From NCBI GenBank assembly GCA_965202585.1, contig OZ241830.1, forward strand, positions 66,960,001 through 67,024,000: 64,000 nt of DNA, written 5' to 3'. Under the pieces are notes generated by a model, which made no database searches, was not told the origin of the DNA, and worked only from the letters and a program-made list of their open reading frames with translations. Made by a program: the position numbers and the translations under genes. Positions within the stretch are counted from its first letter, which is position 1; the number at the start of each line of letters is the position of its first letter. The DNA comes from Thalia democratica (taxonomy: Eukaryota). This document shows positions 12,701-26,907 of the stretch, piece by piece.

Positions 12701-14123
12701 ATAAAATACTTAAAATAAAATTTTATTACAACTATTTAATTATCTGTGTTAATATGTAGTATACTTATTTGAATGACAAATTAAGTAAAAACTTCAAAAC
12801 ATTTAGGAACATGACATAATTTTACTTTACATCTTTTTTCGCACGTAAAAGTAATTTAACGTTTATAGATTTACTGTGGATTTTTTCTTCTCTTCTATTT
12901 TTAATTTCTTTAATGTACAGCTTATAATTAAACATAATGAAAACCGTATTTTACTGGCTGAAACTCTTACCCTACAAAACAAGTTAACAATTCAACTCTT
13001 TTTGTTTTTTTTTTTTTTTTGTTTGTTAAAACTTTCTGAATTGAACGGACTCAAGTGCATCCAAAAAGTTTTGAAATATATTTACAATTTCTGTTTGAAT
13101 GCCAAACTTTGTTTCACTTCCATATACACGTTTCCAAACATCTTTTGCTTCGTTCAATTGAATTTTACCTAGAGTGTCTTTAAGAATATTTCTATGCCAT
13201 CACGGTCTAAGTGGTGTAACATGTACTGATTAAACTTGTTGTTGTGACTTCAAAAAAGTCATATAACATTGCTCATTGTTAAAACTGGTTAATGTTTGGA
13301 ATACAATTTATATAAGTTGTTTTAAACATATAAATAACGAATCTTATAAGATTGGTTATTTTGCTTTATTTCTAAAATTTTTCGGAATCAGTAAAGTGCT
13401 AGTTCACAAGGTTATTTTCGGAGACTATTTCTTTTTAAATATCGAATAAACAACGTAAATATATTCTTAGAAGGTAATCATATTTGTCTGAACAATATCA
13501 ATTGAACCATATTGGACCAATTGAAAATTTAAATTTTAATTGCATCTTTTTTGCTCCAGAAGGTATGTTAAAGCGTTTTTCGTATATATATGAACTTACT
13601 TATTTAAAATAAAAAAATATTTTGAAAGTTGTTATTTAAACTTATGTAGTTAAGCAATAACTCATAATATATAAATTTACTTTTTATCGTATTTTCAACG
13701 TAATTTATTTTCTCTTAAATTTTAGTTAAGCATTAAAATTACAATCATATCTACAAAATAAATTTTACTTAAAAACAATTTGAATTTGATAATATAACGA
13801 CAACTTACAATACAATTTATTAAAATAAACTTGCAAAGTATCTGTTGATAGAAACAAAATTCAACAGAATTATTGCAGCTATTTCCTTACAGGTTTCAGC
13901 TGACGCAAGCTATTTTTAGGAAATTAACGTAAACGTTTTTAAGCGACTTAGCTAACTTTTTAGAAATTATTTTTCACACATATTTTGATGATACAAGCTA
14001 CTTTTTCAGATTTTACTATAAAGACTCTTAACTATTTCTATAAGAATATAAAATAAAACTTGAAACAGAAACTGACCGACACCAGCTATTTGGTGACTCA
14101 CTACTAAAAATTCAACATAACAG

Positions 14124-15052
14124 AATTCAGGAACATGTCTTCGATTGAGTCCATCTCAAGAAAAACTTTTCTTCAACAAAGAGTGAGCTCGTAACAAACT
14201 ACTATGTGTTATATATATAGGTATGTACATATGACACGTAAATAAATAGTAAGCTTTAGACTTGATGACGTCATAGTGTGTACCAAGTTGTGGTCAATTA
14301 TTGAAAAGCTGTTTTTATTTTACAACCTGTTTTTATATTTTTTTTTCATTACAAAAAAATAATTTCAATGTTTTAATAGTATAAACAAACTTTATTAGCG
14401 TGTTTTGGTATTTTGATGCAACTTTTTTTTAACCTGAAACATTTTGAGATGGTCTTGTGGCCTGTAAGCAGTTTTAAAAATGTGGCCACCTGCTAAAAAG
14501 GTCAGTCATCTCTGCTCTGAGAATATAACAAATTAATATAACGTCGACTTTCATTGTTTCCTTACTTTAAACTGCTGCTTAAATAGTATTTTGCTAAAAT
14601 CGCTTGAATATTGAACACTTAACAATCAAGTTTGAGAAATAAGGACAACTAAGATAGTTTATGTAAATTCTTGATCTGGTATGACGTCATAATGCATCGT
14701 GCCTGAACTGTAATGCTTTAAAATAAGATTTGTTGGGCCATCTTGTTATTTAGTTTTATCTCTTGTTTCATGTTCAATTGATCAACAGAGCAAAAGAGGG
14801 TGTCAATAATTAATAATTTTCAAATACGACTTTTATCGAACTTTTATTTCATTTCTTTTTTCTTTTAAGTTCTAATTCTTAACAGGACGAAAGAGGTTGT
14901 CATGCTGTCGGATGAGCGAGGTTGGTTCCTGAACCTCGATCTGTCTCACCACCTGGTGCCGCCTCTCAAAAAAAGCGGCGACATTTCAACCGAGCTGGGA
15001 AAGAAGTTCTACTCGTCGTCACGTGACAAATCTTTGTACGAGAGCTTGTAAG
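14124..15052 (+). CDS. Putative last two exons of an unidentified gene
   Basis: cag|14124-14182|gtgag (ends phase 2) joins a GC-rich cag|14887-15052 exon. The join gives NSGTCLRLSPSQEKLFFNKETKEVVMLSDERGWFLNL...SLYESL*. No family recognised and no upstream exons found. Confidence 0.35.
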
Positions 15053-16792
15053 GTGAGGACAGTGTGGAGGAGAGGGGAAACCCTCTGAGAAAAAGGATAT
15101 TTCCAGTTGGCTTTGACTTAACTATAAATCACAAATTTTTAAAGGAACTTTATAGTGCTTATACAGCACCAGTAAGTTTACATTCAAACACCAAACCAAA
15201 CTCTTAAAAATGTTTACTTGGAATTTTTAAACTATACTTAACTAATTTTTATAAACTGATGTTAACAAGACTAATATTTCGAGTTATTTGAGACTAATGT
15301 TAAAGCTATTTTGATTAATTTAGTTTTAAATTGGTGGCGACTTTTTAATAAGCTATTGTATCAAACTTTTTTGTAAGATTATCATCTATTTTAAGTATTT
15401 TGAGCTAAGTTTAGTACTATTTTTAGGATAAAATGCATCAGAAACGACTAATTTTTCAAGTTTGACAGACTTAGTATTATTTTTACAGTTATATTAAACA
15501 TTTCTACTATAATTCTTGTGAAATTTACACGTTAATATCCATCTACTGTCAGTTTTATCTTTTGTTATTCTTTTATATATTTGTGAGGTTTATATGACAA
15601 CAAGTATTTACAAGTTTGTTGTTTTACAGAAACTTTTTAATAACAATTTTTTTATTTATCTTCTTGAACTAACATTGAAAACTTTAACCGTTGCTCTTAA
15701 AACAAACCAAAAAAAAGAAAACAACTAGTTAAAAAATCTAAGTTTTATCCTAAACTTTAAAAAAAGAGGTTATTAGTTAACTATTTTAGTTTACTAATAA
15801 AAAATAGAATTACCATTACCAAACAAGGTATTTTTTTGATAAGTATTTAGTCTGGGCAAATAAAAATTCTCGTGCTTGCTTTCACGTCACTATTTCTATC
15901 GCTTAATGTTTGCTTGTTACGTCATAATACAAACAAAACAACAACAACAACTTTCTTTTAAGTTTTATTGTCAATTATAACTTTGAAAACCCGAAGCTTA
16001 AAAATTAAAATTGTACTATATTTTTGTTGTTGAATGAGTGTATAAATACAACAATATAAATAAAAGTTGTCTTACCTTTTTTTGTAAAAAAAGGGTAGCT
16101 TGAAAAAGTTGGAAAAAATTTGCAAATTTGCTGAGTTAGCAAATTTCTTTTTTAATTTATTCATTGGAATTTTTATTTTAATTATCAAAACTTTTTTTTT
16201 TGGTTTGTATGTTATGTGTTTTGGTAAAGTAAGTAAGGGATAAGTATATAAATTAAAACGAGTTTATGAAAAATCAAAAGATATTAGCTGACTCTGCATT
16301 TTAAGGTTTTTTAAGCTACCGAATAATAGACAATACTCTTTAAACATTTAAATAATTTTATTTATGTATTTTTTAGTAAGTTATAGATTTTTAAATATTT
16401 GACAACCTTTTAAGTAAACAAAATTTTCCTCTGTAACAATATAACAGAACAAAGGCTTTTGAGCTCAATAAAAGATTAATTTAAATTTCAGTTAAATTCA
16501 ACATTTATAAACTTTAAACTAAAATCAAAATACAAAACAATAAATAGTTAAGGTTTAAACTTTAAACAACTATTTAGAAAACGTTTTTGTAACACCGCAT
16601 GTACATTTAACAATGACTATACAATTTTCTATTTTTTTTACCAAAAAACTACAGGCCAGTTTACCAATAGTTTATCAAAAGCACATACAACTTGTTTATA
16701 AAGCGAAATCACACATAATAAAAACACTTTAATGTGTAAACACTTTTACTTTATATGCATAATTCAATAAAAATAGTTATGGTATGTGAATA

Positions 16793-19389
16793 CTAGTTGA
16801 CGCCCTCGTAACTTGCATTTCTGGCCATCATAAGTCCTCCACCGGTGCAAAAGAACAAAAACAATGTTGCTATCCAGCCTAAAAAGAAGGTTTTTGTAAT
16901 TGTAGTAAAGTAGCTGATATAAAAATTAAAAGAAAACTGTTTTTAAACCAACATTAGTACATAGTTTATGATTTTGATCTGGGTTTTACTACACATTAAA
17001 GCTTAAATAGTTTTCAATAAATGTAAAGCACAACCTTAGCAGTATAAAGAATTATTTCAAACATTAGTTGTATTAGCTACAAAGGAAATTTTATACAAAA
17101 TTATCCTTAATTAAATGTATAAGCTTATTGAAATCAGATGATAGTAAAAATTTGTATTACCAGTGAAGTAACTCCAGTTCCACGAGTAGTTTGAACACTT
17201 TCCATTGCAAACTTGCCCCGTCCAAATTGACTGTCCGATTATATTCAACGTTGCTGTGGAATTCAAATTGTTTGTGATGAATTAATTAAAGTTTATTAGT
17301 TAATTCAACGTATTAATCAGTGGTTATTAACCTTTTTTTCGTTTTTTACCTCTTTTTGGAAGACTATTACCAAATTTACCCAAAATATACAAGTTAGTCT
17401 TTAATTTGATGAAAAATACTAGCTCTTTTTAACTTTAAGCTTATTAGATATAAAAAATTGTAAAGTTTAAAGATTTTGTGTAACGTAAAAAGATTACACT
17501 TAAATAACACCTAGAAACTAAAAAGTACAATTAAAGATATTGATATTCATAACTTGTAATAAAGAAAACTTATTACCAAAACCAAGGTGATTTATCCCCA
17601 TGAATTGCTAATCTAAATTGACTGCCCTTTTATGTTCAATTTTGTTAAAAAAAATTTTTATGTTTATAGTAATCTTATTTTACACATTTATACTGAAGAC
17701 AGCCACAATTTTAGTACTATATAAATTCAATTTAAAGTTGTCATTTTAAAAAGTTAACACTGACTTAACTCATGCTAAGTATGTTCAAGTAGGTAAACAG
17801 TTGAAAAAGTAGCAGAGTTGTCAACCTAACAGAATAAAAAAGTTTTTTTTATGACTTAAGCCTTTTCAAGTGCTTATTTTTCACGGAACGAGTAGTAAAA
17901 TTAATTTTAGTATCTAATGTACTTTTTATTAATAATTACATCCGTCTGATTTCTATAAATTGTGTGAGTTAGTTTACTATAAAAAGTAAGTTGAAAGTTT
18001 TGAACACAACTCACCTAGCCAAGTTTAAACAACATGAAATAAAGAATAATTTAAGTGTGACAAACTAAAATGTTTTTGTAAATAATTTCTTTTGTTCAAT
18101 TAATTCAAAAAAAAAGGTTATACTTTTTTATTGCACTTTTGTTTGTCAATTTTAGTACATATATCCGTAAAAAATAAAGTTAAAAGCACACATATATTTA
18201 ATTAAAGTAACCACATAGTTATTTTATGAGTTTGAAATTTCTTCGATATATAACGAAAGCTATAAATAGGTTGTTAAATTCTTAAATGAACAACAAATAG
18301 TATTTTCATTTACACTTTTTAATAAACCGGAAAAGTAAACACTTATCAGTTTACTTGTGTTGTATGGTCAAAATAAGTTCTAATATACTTTGTAGTAATG
18401 CTTACTGTTTTATAATACATTTTGACTATATTTTAGAGTTTCTAAAACTTTACGCAAAAAGTTTTGAAATATGTACAGCCAGAGCCAAGGCCATTTAAAG
18501 AAGGCTACATAAAAAGATAAAACTAAAATTTAAACTTAAAATGTAACATTTAAGGGCGCAATAAAACTAAATTAAGTTCTAAAAAAAATTTAAAACATTT
18601 ATATTTCAAACCAGCAATGAAAAAGAATCCAACGATACCCATTGCGACTTTCTTCGTTTTACCGTCAACTTTCTTCTTGATAACCGCTTGTGATGTTGCC
18701 AGAAAAGCCCCGAAGCCGAAAAAAGCGAAAATAACTGATGACACCATGAACGCCTTTGCCCATTTGTATTCTGTTTATAATATTTTATGTATTTTATACT
18801 TTTAGTTTTAGATATTATTATTTTATAGATGCATGAATACTTTTGTTCGTTTTACTTTGTTGCTAATTTAAAAGAAACTAACGTTGGTTTGATTTTTATT
18901 AGTAGATTTAATACTTTTTTTTTAACACTTATTTGTATATTTTGTATATTTGTATATTTAAGATTATTAGTTTTAAACATATATATTTCCTAAAAGTTTA
19001 CAAAGTGTAAGATAAAAAAATGAACAAATAAGCTAACAATCAAAATGTATTTTTACAAATATTGCAAACATTCAACGCAAGTAAAGAAAGTTTATAGCAG
19101 AGAACAAGTAGTTTGACTACTATATTTAAATGAAAAAAAAAAAGTTAAAAGATAACTCAAAAACTAACAAGTAAAAGTTTTAATGTATTTCTTAGCAAAC
19201 AATGTAACATGTAACTATCTTACCGTAATTTTTCCCGCACTTGTCACTGAAGCAGCTTTTGAACAGCCCCGTGTGAATCGGAGTGTTTTCCACGGTCACC
19301 CAGTCTCCCTGGGACAAGTTGTACACTGCGAACCCGAAGTAAACGCAGAAGAAAATGAACATCACCCCCGCGGTAGCCTTGGTGCCCAT
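16793..19389 (-). CDS. Claudin/PMP22-family tetraspan membrane protein, 4 exons, 167 aa
   Basis: Exons 19389-19224, 18770-18612, 17253-17161, 16878-16793. All three introns are phase 1 GT-AG and the CDS totals 504 nt. ECL1 has the W...GLF..C....C signature. Four hydrophobic helices, with YSWNWSYFTGW before TM4. Confidence 0.9.
17577..17645 (-). pseudogene. Decayed duplicate of claudin exon 3 inside intron 2
   Basis: ttgaacataaaagggcagtcaatttaga versus true exon ttgaatataatcggacagtcaatttgga. It ends in the same g|gtaata donor, carries in-frame stops and lacks an AG acceptor. Confidence 0.6.
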
Positions 19390-22300
19390 TTTAATAGTTT
19401 TATAAAGCTGAAAGTGTTTAGCGGTTCTTTGATTTTTAACTTGAATTAGCCTTTTGAATGCAAAATAATTCAGCTACTGTGTTGTGGTATGAAGTTTAAC
19501 ATGTCAAGCGTTTACAACTGTTGAAAAGTAATGTGGTTTACACTTTCTAAAATCATTCGTACGAATTTCTAAATATTTACATAAGAATTTACATTCCGTT
19601 GCCATTATTTGTTTGCGTTTGTGTGATATCTATCAACAACATTTAAGTTGTTTTCATACTGCTGACGTAAAAACTAGTAGAAAAGGGTTTTCATTCAATC
19701 ACTTATTCATATCCCCATGAACTTAGTATAAAGAGATCCCACCTTTGTGGTGATTTGTTGTAAACAAAAAATTTTCAGTTGATTACTCGTTTTGGTTTTA
19801 ACAGTTTACCGTATCTCGTTATTTTAGAACGCATTTCAAACGCAGTAGAGTATCAAAACAATACAAAGAATTATGTTGGTTTACAGATACTTGAAACTAC
19901 TTTTAATTTTTAATTTCTAAGATGTTTTTTTTAGCTTTAACTTTGTTGTAACTATTGTCGTGAAGTTTTACATTATAAAAAATAAGCTATTTTTACTAGC
20001 TATATATATATGTACACACATACAAAAAATCAGCTTTAACAGTGTTTGTAAAAATTTATTTTTTATTTCAAAGTTTTTATTACCAATTATATAAATTTTA
20101 ATTTATAAGTATAAGCTATTTAAACTACTCTATTTTTTTTAAGTTGTTATAACTTCATTATTAAAGTTGTTAGTTTTTATAAGTTTTACTTAGAATTTAA
20201 CATTTAAAAACTGTGTTTTGTGTAATTTTTGACTTGCATTATCACATAATTAGGTTGAAAATGAATAAAAAACTGTAGTTTATAAAAATATGTAATAACT
20301 AATTTAAGTTAACTTAAATTAATTCTTTGGGAACTAAAATACAAAAATGATATATATGTTTAAAAGACAGCTAAGTTCTGCTTTTAAAAATCTTAATAAA
20401 ACACTTTCTAAGGGTTAACTCAATACCTCAACTATTTAGTTACATAAACTCGTCTTAATCAAATACTTCAGCAAAATATAAAGTTTTTTGTTATAGTTTT
20501 AATAATTTCGACAAACATAAAACTATTTTTGTGTTTCAAATAAAAACTAAATCACTCTAATTACTTTTTATTAAACAGACTTGATAAAAGAATAACTTAT
20601 TATTTAATCATTTACAATAAACTTTATTTATGTGCTTTTTATGCTTTACAACTTTACTCTAATTTATAATACTTTCTCGAAACAATTTTGATATCAACTG
20701 CTTACTAGAAGACAACAAGTAACAAATAAAACCATCATATACTTACAGTTGGGCGTTGCTATTGTTTCAACAATTTTCCTCGGTAAACATTTAAAAGGTC
20801 AATAAATAGATAAATCAATTCTTCTTTGTCTTATCTGTTTGTTCACAATGTCGTTGGAGAAAGTTTACTTTAGTAAGCAGAGTATGTTTTTATTGCTGGC
20901 GAACTTAAACTTGGTAAACATTACGTGCTTCGATTTTTAGAAGCTTTTTAATTAATTCAGTTTACGTTCTTTGAACTTTTTTAAATGCTACCTTAAAAGA
21001 TTTGTAATTATATGAAAATTTAAAACTTTGCTAGTAATTATTAATATTTTTCAAAAATTATTTTCTAGCTTTACTTTGCGTAGGGTTAGTTTAAGACAAA
21101 TAAAATTTTAAAAAGGGATTTTTATAAACGTTTTGTTTTTTACTTATATAAAAACCAAGCAGTTGAGAAAATTTAATCTTTAATTTTTTTAATATTTTTT
21201 GAAAATTAAAACAAAATTATTATTTATAGATAAATATTGTTGAAACCAGTGACCTATGAGGTTCACTTGATTATTTTTTTTCACCGCTATTTCATTAGTT
21301 CAACTTTGCATGTCACTAAGTTACAGCAAATGAAGTACTTTAAAAGGATTTTCTCTAAAACTTTTGTTTGTTATTTACATAAAAATTAATACCTTTCAAA
21401 ATTTTACGCGTATTATATCATACTTTGTGCGAAGTAAAAAAAGTTTTCTTTTTTCTAGATTTTTCCAGCAACCTGTGGGTTTTGATACGAGTTACACTAA
21501 ACAGCTCCTAACTGCACAGTTTAATAAAACTAATCGAAGATTGTGAAAAAACTAAGCATTATTGTGTTTTCCAAATTGTAGCTACTACGCTACATAGATA
21601 AATTTGATTGTAATTTTTTACGCTTAACTGCTTTCAAAAGTAATAATGTATTTGATGTTTTGTATGCTTTGTATACATATTTTTGTTTATTGCTTTTATG
21701 AAAAACTTTAATTTTTAAATTAAAAAGTTTATTAAACAGTATAGTAATACTAAGTTTGGTAGTATGTTATTTTAAAAAAAATTAAAAGCTTCTAAAAATT
21801 CGTATTAACAAAATTTCATAATAGTATAAAAAATATTCAATGTTTCAATTAAAAGGTTCTTATGGTAGAGTGAATAAAAGTTTTGAGTTGTTTTTATTAA
21901 GCCTAATAAAACTTGCTATTTACAAAAATTAACTTTTTTACTTACATACACAGCTAGCTGTTTGTTAAGCTTTTCAATGAACTAGAAGCTGTGCTAAGAA
22001 CTTATTATGAAAACGCTTTTTATCATTCACATTAACCGTTCTTTTTTCATCGGGTACAAACTGAATTAACTAGACTTTGATGTGTTTAAAACATATTCAG
22101 TTTTAAGTGCCCATTGAGCGAAAGTTTTAAATTATTTCTGTGTAAATAAATGTGACTTTGACGAAAGCAACTTTGTTAAAAACTTTTGTTAAAACATTTG
22201 AAGCATGATACTTTTTTAAATTCAGCTTTGAGACTTTATTTTGATAGAAATTATTATTTGTAATGTAACAGTAAAAATATGACAAAAAATTGCATAATTA

Positions 22301-23284
22301 AACAAAATGTGTATAGTTTTTTGTATTCAAACGTAAAGCCGTAAAAAACAAAATTTATTTTTATTTACATGATTACTAATAAAAAATGTGTTTAGTTTTG
22401 GTGTGATAGAATTTAAACTATCGGTTAATTTTATTTTGAACTGAAGTTTTTTGTCAAAAGTATGTACTTGAGATTTAGCTGCAAAAATTCTAAAATAGAA
22501 GGTGTATTTAAATAAGTAGTTCAGTTTTATGCAAAATGTAAAACTTTGAACTAATAAAAACTAAACTTTTTTGTTCAAAGAATATTACTAAAAAGCAATT
22601 TGATTTGGGCTTTTAAACTTTAAGCTTATTAAATGCATTCCTAGATAATAAAAATTCATACAACACCTTTTTGCTAAGAAGCAAAGCTAAATACCAAAAC
22701 TTTAAGACTTTTATTATGCTCAAAGCATAAAGTTTTTAAGCTTAAATTTATATAAGTTTAGCTTTTTCAGTGCTTAATAAAAAGTATTTTTTTAAAAAGT
22801 CGTCTATAACTTACAGTAGCATTTTTTTGTTTTAACTACTTGTAGGTTAACAATTATAATTAACAAAAATGCAAGGTATAGAAATACAACTTTTGTTTAG
22901 AAAATCTATAAAGCTTTAAGCTGATTAGACTACAATAAAATCATGAAATTATTTCAACAAAGTTAACTTGGCTTTTACAATCTTTCAACATAGTCAAAGC
23001 TAGCCGGGCCGAAGATTTATACTTGACGGACCTTAGTTTGCTTTGAAATAGCAAGAAAGTACTTAAAATATCTCTAAATCAAAATTAAATTCTGGTTAAC
23101 ATGATACTTTTCAAGAGCATAAACTTTGAGGGGCAAACAAGTTGTCTGAAACTAAGTTTATAATTTTGTACAAATCTATTGTTACGTCATTATTGCAGTT
23201 TAAGTATTTTTATAAGTTGTTTAGTTACATATCACTTTTATTATTTTACAAGTAAGTATTGTCAGTGTAAAAAGAAGTTTTAGA

Positions 23285-25109
23285 ATGACAAGAAAAAAAG
23301 CAAGTTTGTTTTTCCTTGTAGTCAGCGCCTTACTGCTCCAAGCACTGCACACAACAGCACAAAATAATCGTGATGAATGTGTGGAAAAACAACTGAAGCT
23401 GGGAAACATTAATCCAACTACTGATAAAAGTCCTTTCCAAATAAAGTTGACAGCGAAAACATACTCAGCAAAAACTGCTGTTAAAGGTTTGTGTTTGCAG
23501 TAAATATTATTAATGAGATTCAATTTTTTTTTCTATTCAGATTTAAACAAAAAAAATAGCACTTGTACATGTTATTCAAGACTCTATTTGACGTTTTAGA
23601 TAAATTACTGTATATTAATAGTAAAAGCCAAAGTTCTCAAAAATTTTTAGATCACTAATGAAAAAGTAAGTGCACATTAGATAAGCAAGTAAATTTTTTT
23701 GTATAAAAACTTAATCAACCATCGTTTATTCTGACTGCTGATTTGAAATTAACAAAAACTTGTAAGGATCTATTTAATAAACAGCTGATGAATAAAAGAT
23801 TAAACACAACTAACTTGTCGAAAAACTTCCACTACTTATTAATTTCTATTTGTTCACATCAAACCAGCTTCTGTACACACTTTTGTGTACACCTTCTAAA
23901 AACTTTGCAAATCCTTAAAACAATATTTTATTTATACATTTTCACTACAAAAGCACACTTTGATTGAAAAAGCTAGGTAGTATACATAATAAACTACTTT
24001 TATATTCTAAACGCTTGTTTGTTATAATACGACAAGGTATTATTTGCAAACATTTTGATAAACAAAATTTTAAGTCCTACAAAGTTTTGAAAGTACAACT
24101 TTAAATATTTACACCAAACTCACACAAACTGATTTCCACAGTCGAGGTCGAAGCCACCGGTCACACCTTCAAGAAGATCCTGTTGTACGCCGTTGCGGGA
24201 GAAGAAGCACAGGTGGGCGAGTGGGGAAATGCACCGGACGGCTTGAAGGGTGCAACCTGTCAGAAGGCGAACGACGCAGCGGTGCACAGTGACGAAAAGG
24301 TGAAAAAGGAGTCGATGGCTATTGAATGGACCGCAGATAAAGACCTTGGAGAAATCGAATTCAGGTTTGAAGTTTTTTATTGTTACAATTATGTGTAAAA
24401 CCTTTTTTTGTATTATGTGTAAAACCTTTATAAAACAAAAATGTAAAGCTCTTAAGTTTAGCAGTGGTATTAAATTCAGGTTTGATGTTAATATTTTTTA
24501 AATTTGCTTGTAAATAAGTTCATTTTTCTTTATTTTTTAGTTTAACGGTTTAGTTTTAGTGTTGTAAGATATTAAAGTTTTTTTTATTGCTTTTGATTTT
24601 AACTTTTTAGTTGGTTAAATATTAATTGTTAACAAAGTTAGCTATTTATAATATATGTTATAGTCTTCAAAGATTTAGCAACAAACATGTTTTCACAACT
24701 AACTGACTAATTCAAATCAAAATAACGTATAAATATTAAGCTTTTGTTACTACTTTTAAAAAGAACAAATAAATAACTTCATTTGTATTTTGTTCATTAA
24801 ACTAGAGTACCAAACAAGTAATTTTTCAAAAGTATAAATAAACGATTTGTTACAAACAAGTAATTTAAATGATGTAAATAATGTAAACAACTATTAATAA
24901 AGTTTATTAATCACAGAGCAACGGTGGTTGAAGATTTAAAAATATTCTATGAGTTGAAGTCGGAAAAAATTACCTATAAAGAAGAAAAAAAAGAAGAAGA
25001 AACAGCAAAACCAGCAGAAACAACAGAGAGCAATGCCAGTACTAATAATTTGAAAATAGTCATGTTGCTCACTAACTATTTTGTCTTTCTTGCTTACTTT
25101 TATATGTAA
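23285..25109 (+). CDS. Secreted Reeler-domain protein with GPI-anchor-like tail, 3 exons, 205 aa
   Basis: Exons 23285-23486, 24142-24364, 24917-25109 (phases 1 and 2, 618 nt). Signal peptide, then SPFQI..., FKKILLYA...VGEW..., C...AAVHS...K...IEWTA...GEIEFRATVV (Reeler pattern), an acidic spacer and a hydrophobic C-terminus. Confidence 0.88.
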
Positions 25110-26907
25110 GCTAACTAACATTTTTCTATTAAAACATGGTAAATAAGTAAATATAAATTTAAATATTTTAACATTTAAACGTGAAATAAATTATAGCATG
25201 ATATGATTTTAAAGTTGTTGTCAAATAATTTAAATAACTGGTATATTGATACGATAGAGTTAACCTTAGTTAGAACATGGAATAAGTCTTTTTGATAAGA
25301 AAGCCTTACTGTCTTTTCAATTTCTTATTTTACTTAATTTTTAAATAAAATAACTATTTTCCAACTAAACCTATGTCTCTAACTTAACTTTTGTATTGTA
25401 CGTGAATAAGTTATTTATAGTTTTAATTTATTTTCATTGATATCATTACCTATTTTTGAGCGATAGGAATAATGTTTGGTTTAAATTTAAAAATAAAATT
25501 TAAACAATTCAAAATAACTTAAAACTATAAATTAGCTGTTGTAATTACCATGTATTTAGGTTAATTTTTCTTTGTCCTAAGCTAATTAAAAAATATAAAA
25601 TTTTTTATATTAGCTACCAAAGTTTTAATGAAAAACAACTCTTACACTTTAACATAAAATGGTTATAAAATTAGATATTATTACTTAAAAAACAATAATA
25701 AAACAGTAAATACAAAACTAATATCAATAAATTGAGGTTAAAATCATATTAAAAGTTTTCAATATATGAAAAGAAAAAACTTTAATTTTTGGTTTAATAA
25801 GCTGTTGTTTTGATTTATTTTTTTAAAACGGAAGTGGTGACCTTTATAAAGATAGGTTTATAAAGCGGTGACTCCCAAGTGGCTGTTTTGTTATTTATAA
25901 TTAATACGATTTAAAAGCTTTTATGAAATATTAACCTCTAGATCGACTTAAAAGCCATACTTTATACGAAAACTAACCGCAGTATTTTCTTTGCTAATAT
26001 ATCAATAGTTAATGGAATATAAATTGATTTAAAACACACAACTAAACACAAAATGTTTTAATTTTTCATCCGATAAACAACACTGTAAAACTTTAACTCA
26101 AATATAACACAATTCGAATAACTTTCGTCAGTGACATATATTACAAAATATTTTTATTAAAAGTTTTATTTAACATTATAAATTACGTTTTGTTTTGCAC
26201 AGTCAAGATCTATATATATATTTAAAAATTAATTCTGACAGTTAAGCTTTTGTACAAACGGGTAGAGTTCCAGTTTTTTTTGTCAACTTTGGCTTTACTT
26301 GCGTATTTCAAGTTCTTCAACCTGTTGTTGTAAATTATGTTTAATTACGTAAATCATGTTTTGCAGTAAAATTATAACTTAGTATTAGATTATATAAACG
26401 TCTGGATTAACTTTAAAAAAATCAAGCACAATAATTGTATTGTAATAAAACTTTTATTTGTAGCAAATACAAGTTATTAATTTTAAAAAATGTATGAGTT
26501 GTGGCCAACAAATATTTTTAAAGTTTTTGGTATCTTATGCCATGAAAAAACAAGGCTATGTTTTTAAATTGTTTTGCACTTAAAATAAATACAACTCTTA
26601 TAAGTCTGTATGTTTAAAGTAGTTATTTATAGTTTTAACTAACATTTTAAATAGTTCAGTGAGTACTGATAAACGAAATTATTACCGAAGCTTATCAAAT
26701 CGAAACCATTCAGTTGTAAACAAATTATATAAAAATACAAGTAAAATAGGTATTAACAACAGCTCTACCCTATGACCAACACCAATTCCAGGATTTTTTG
26801 TTGAATTTTTCTTAAATAAAAGCTAGCACATAGCTTAGAAGAAGAAAAATAAATAAAATACAAATTACAAGACAGAATTTTTTTCTTTTTAAAAAAAGTT
26901 CATTTTC

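Noticed and set aside
13030-13290. Coding-looking minus-strand stretch (FNQYMLHHLDRDGIEIFLKTL / GKIQLNEAKDVWKRVYG...)
   Set aside because: It needs a frameshift, matches no family I recognise, and no consistent exon chain was found.
20740-21546. Possible small exons (LGVAIVSTIFL, MSLEKVYFSKQ..., ORF 21364-21546)
   Set aside because: Splice-like signals exist, but no convincing joined protein results.
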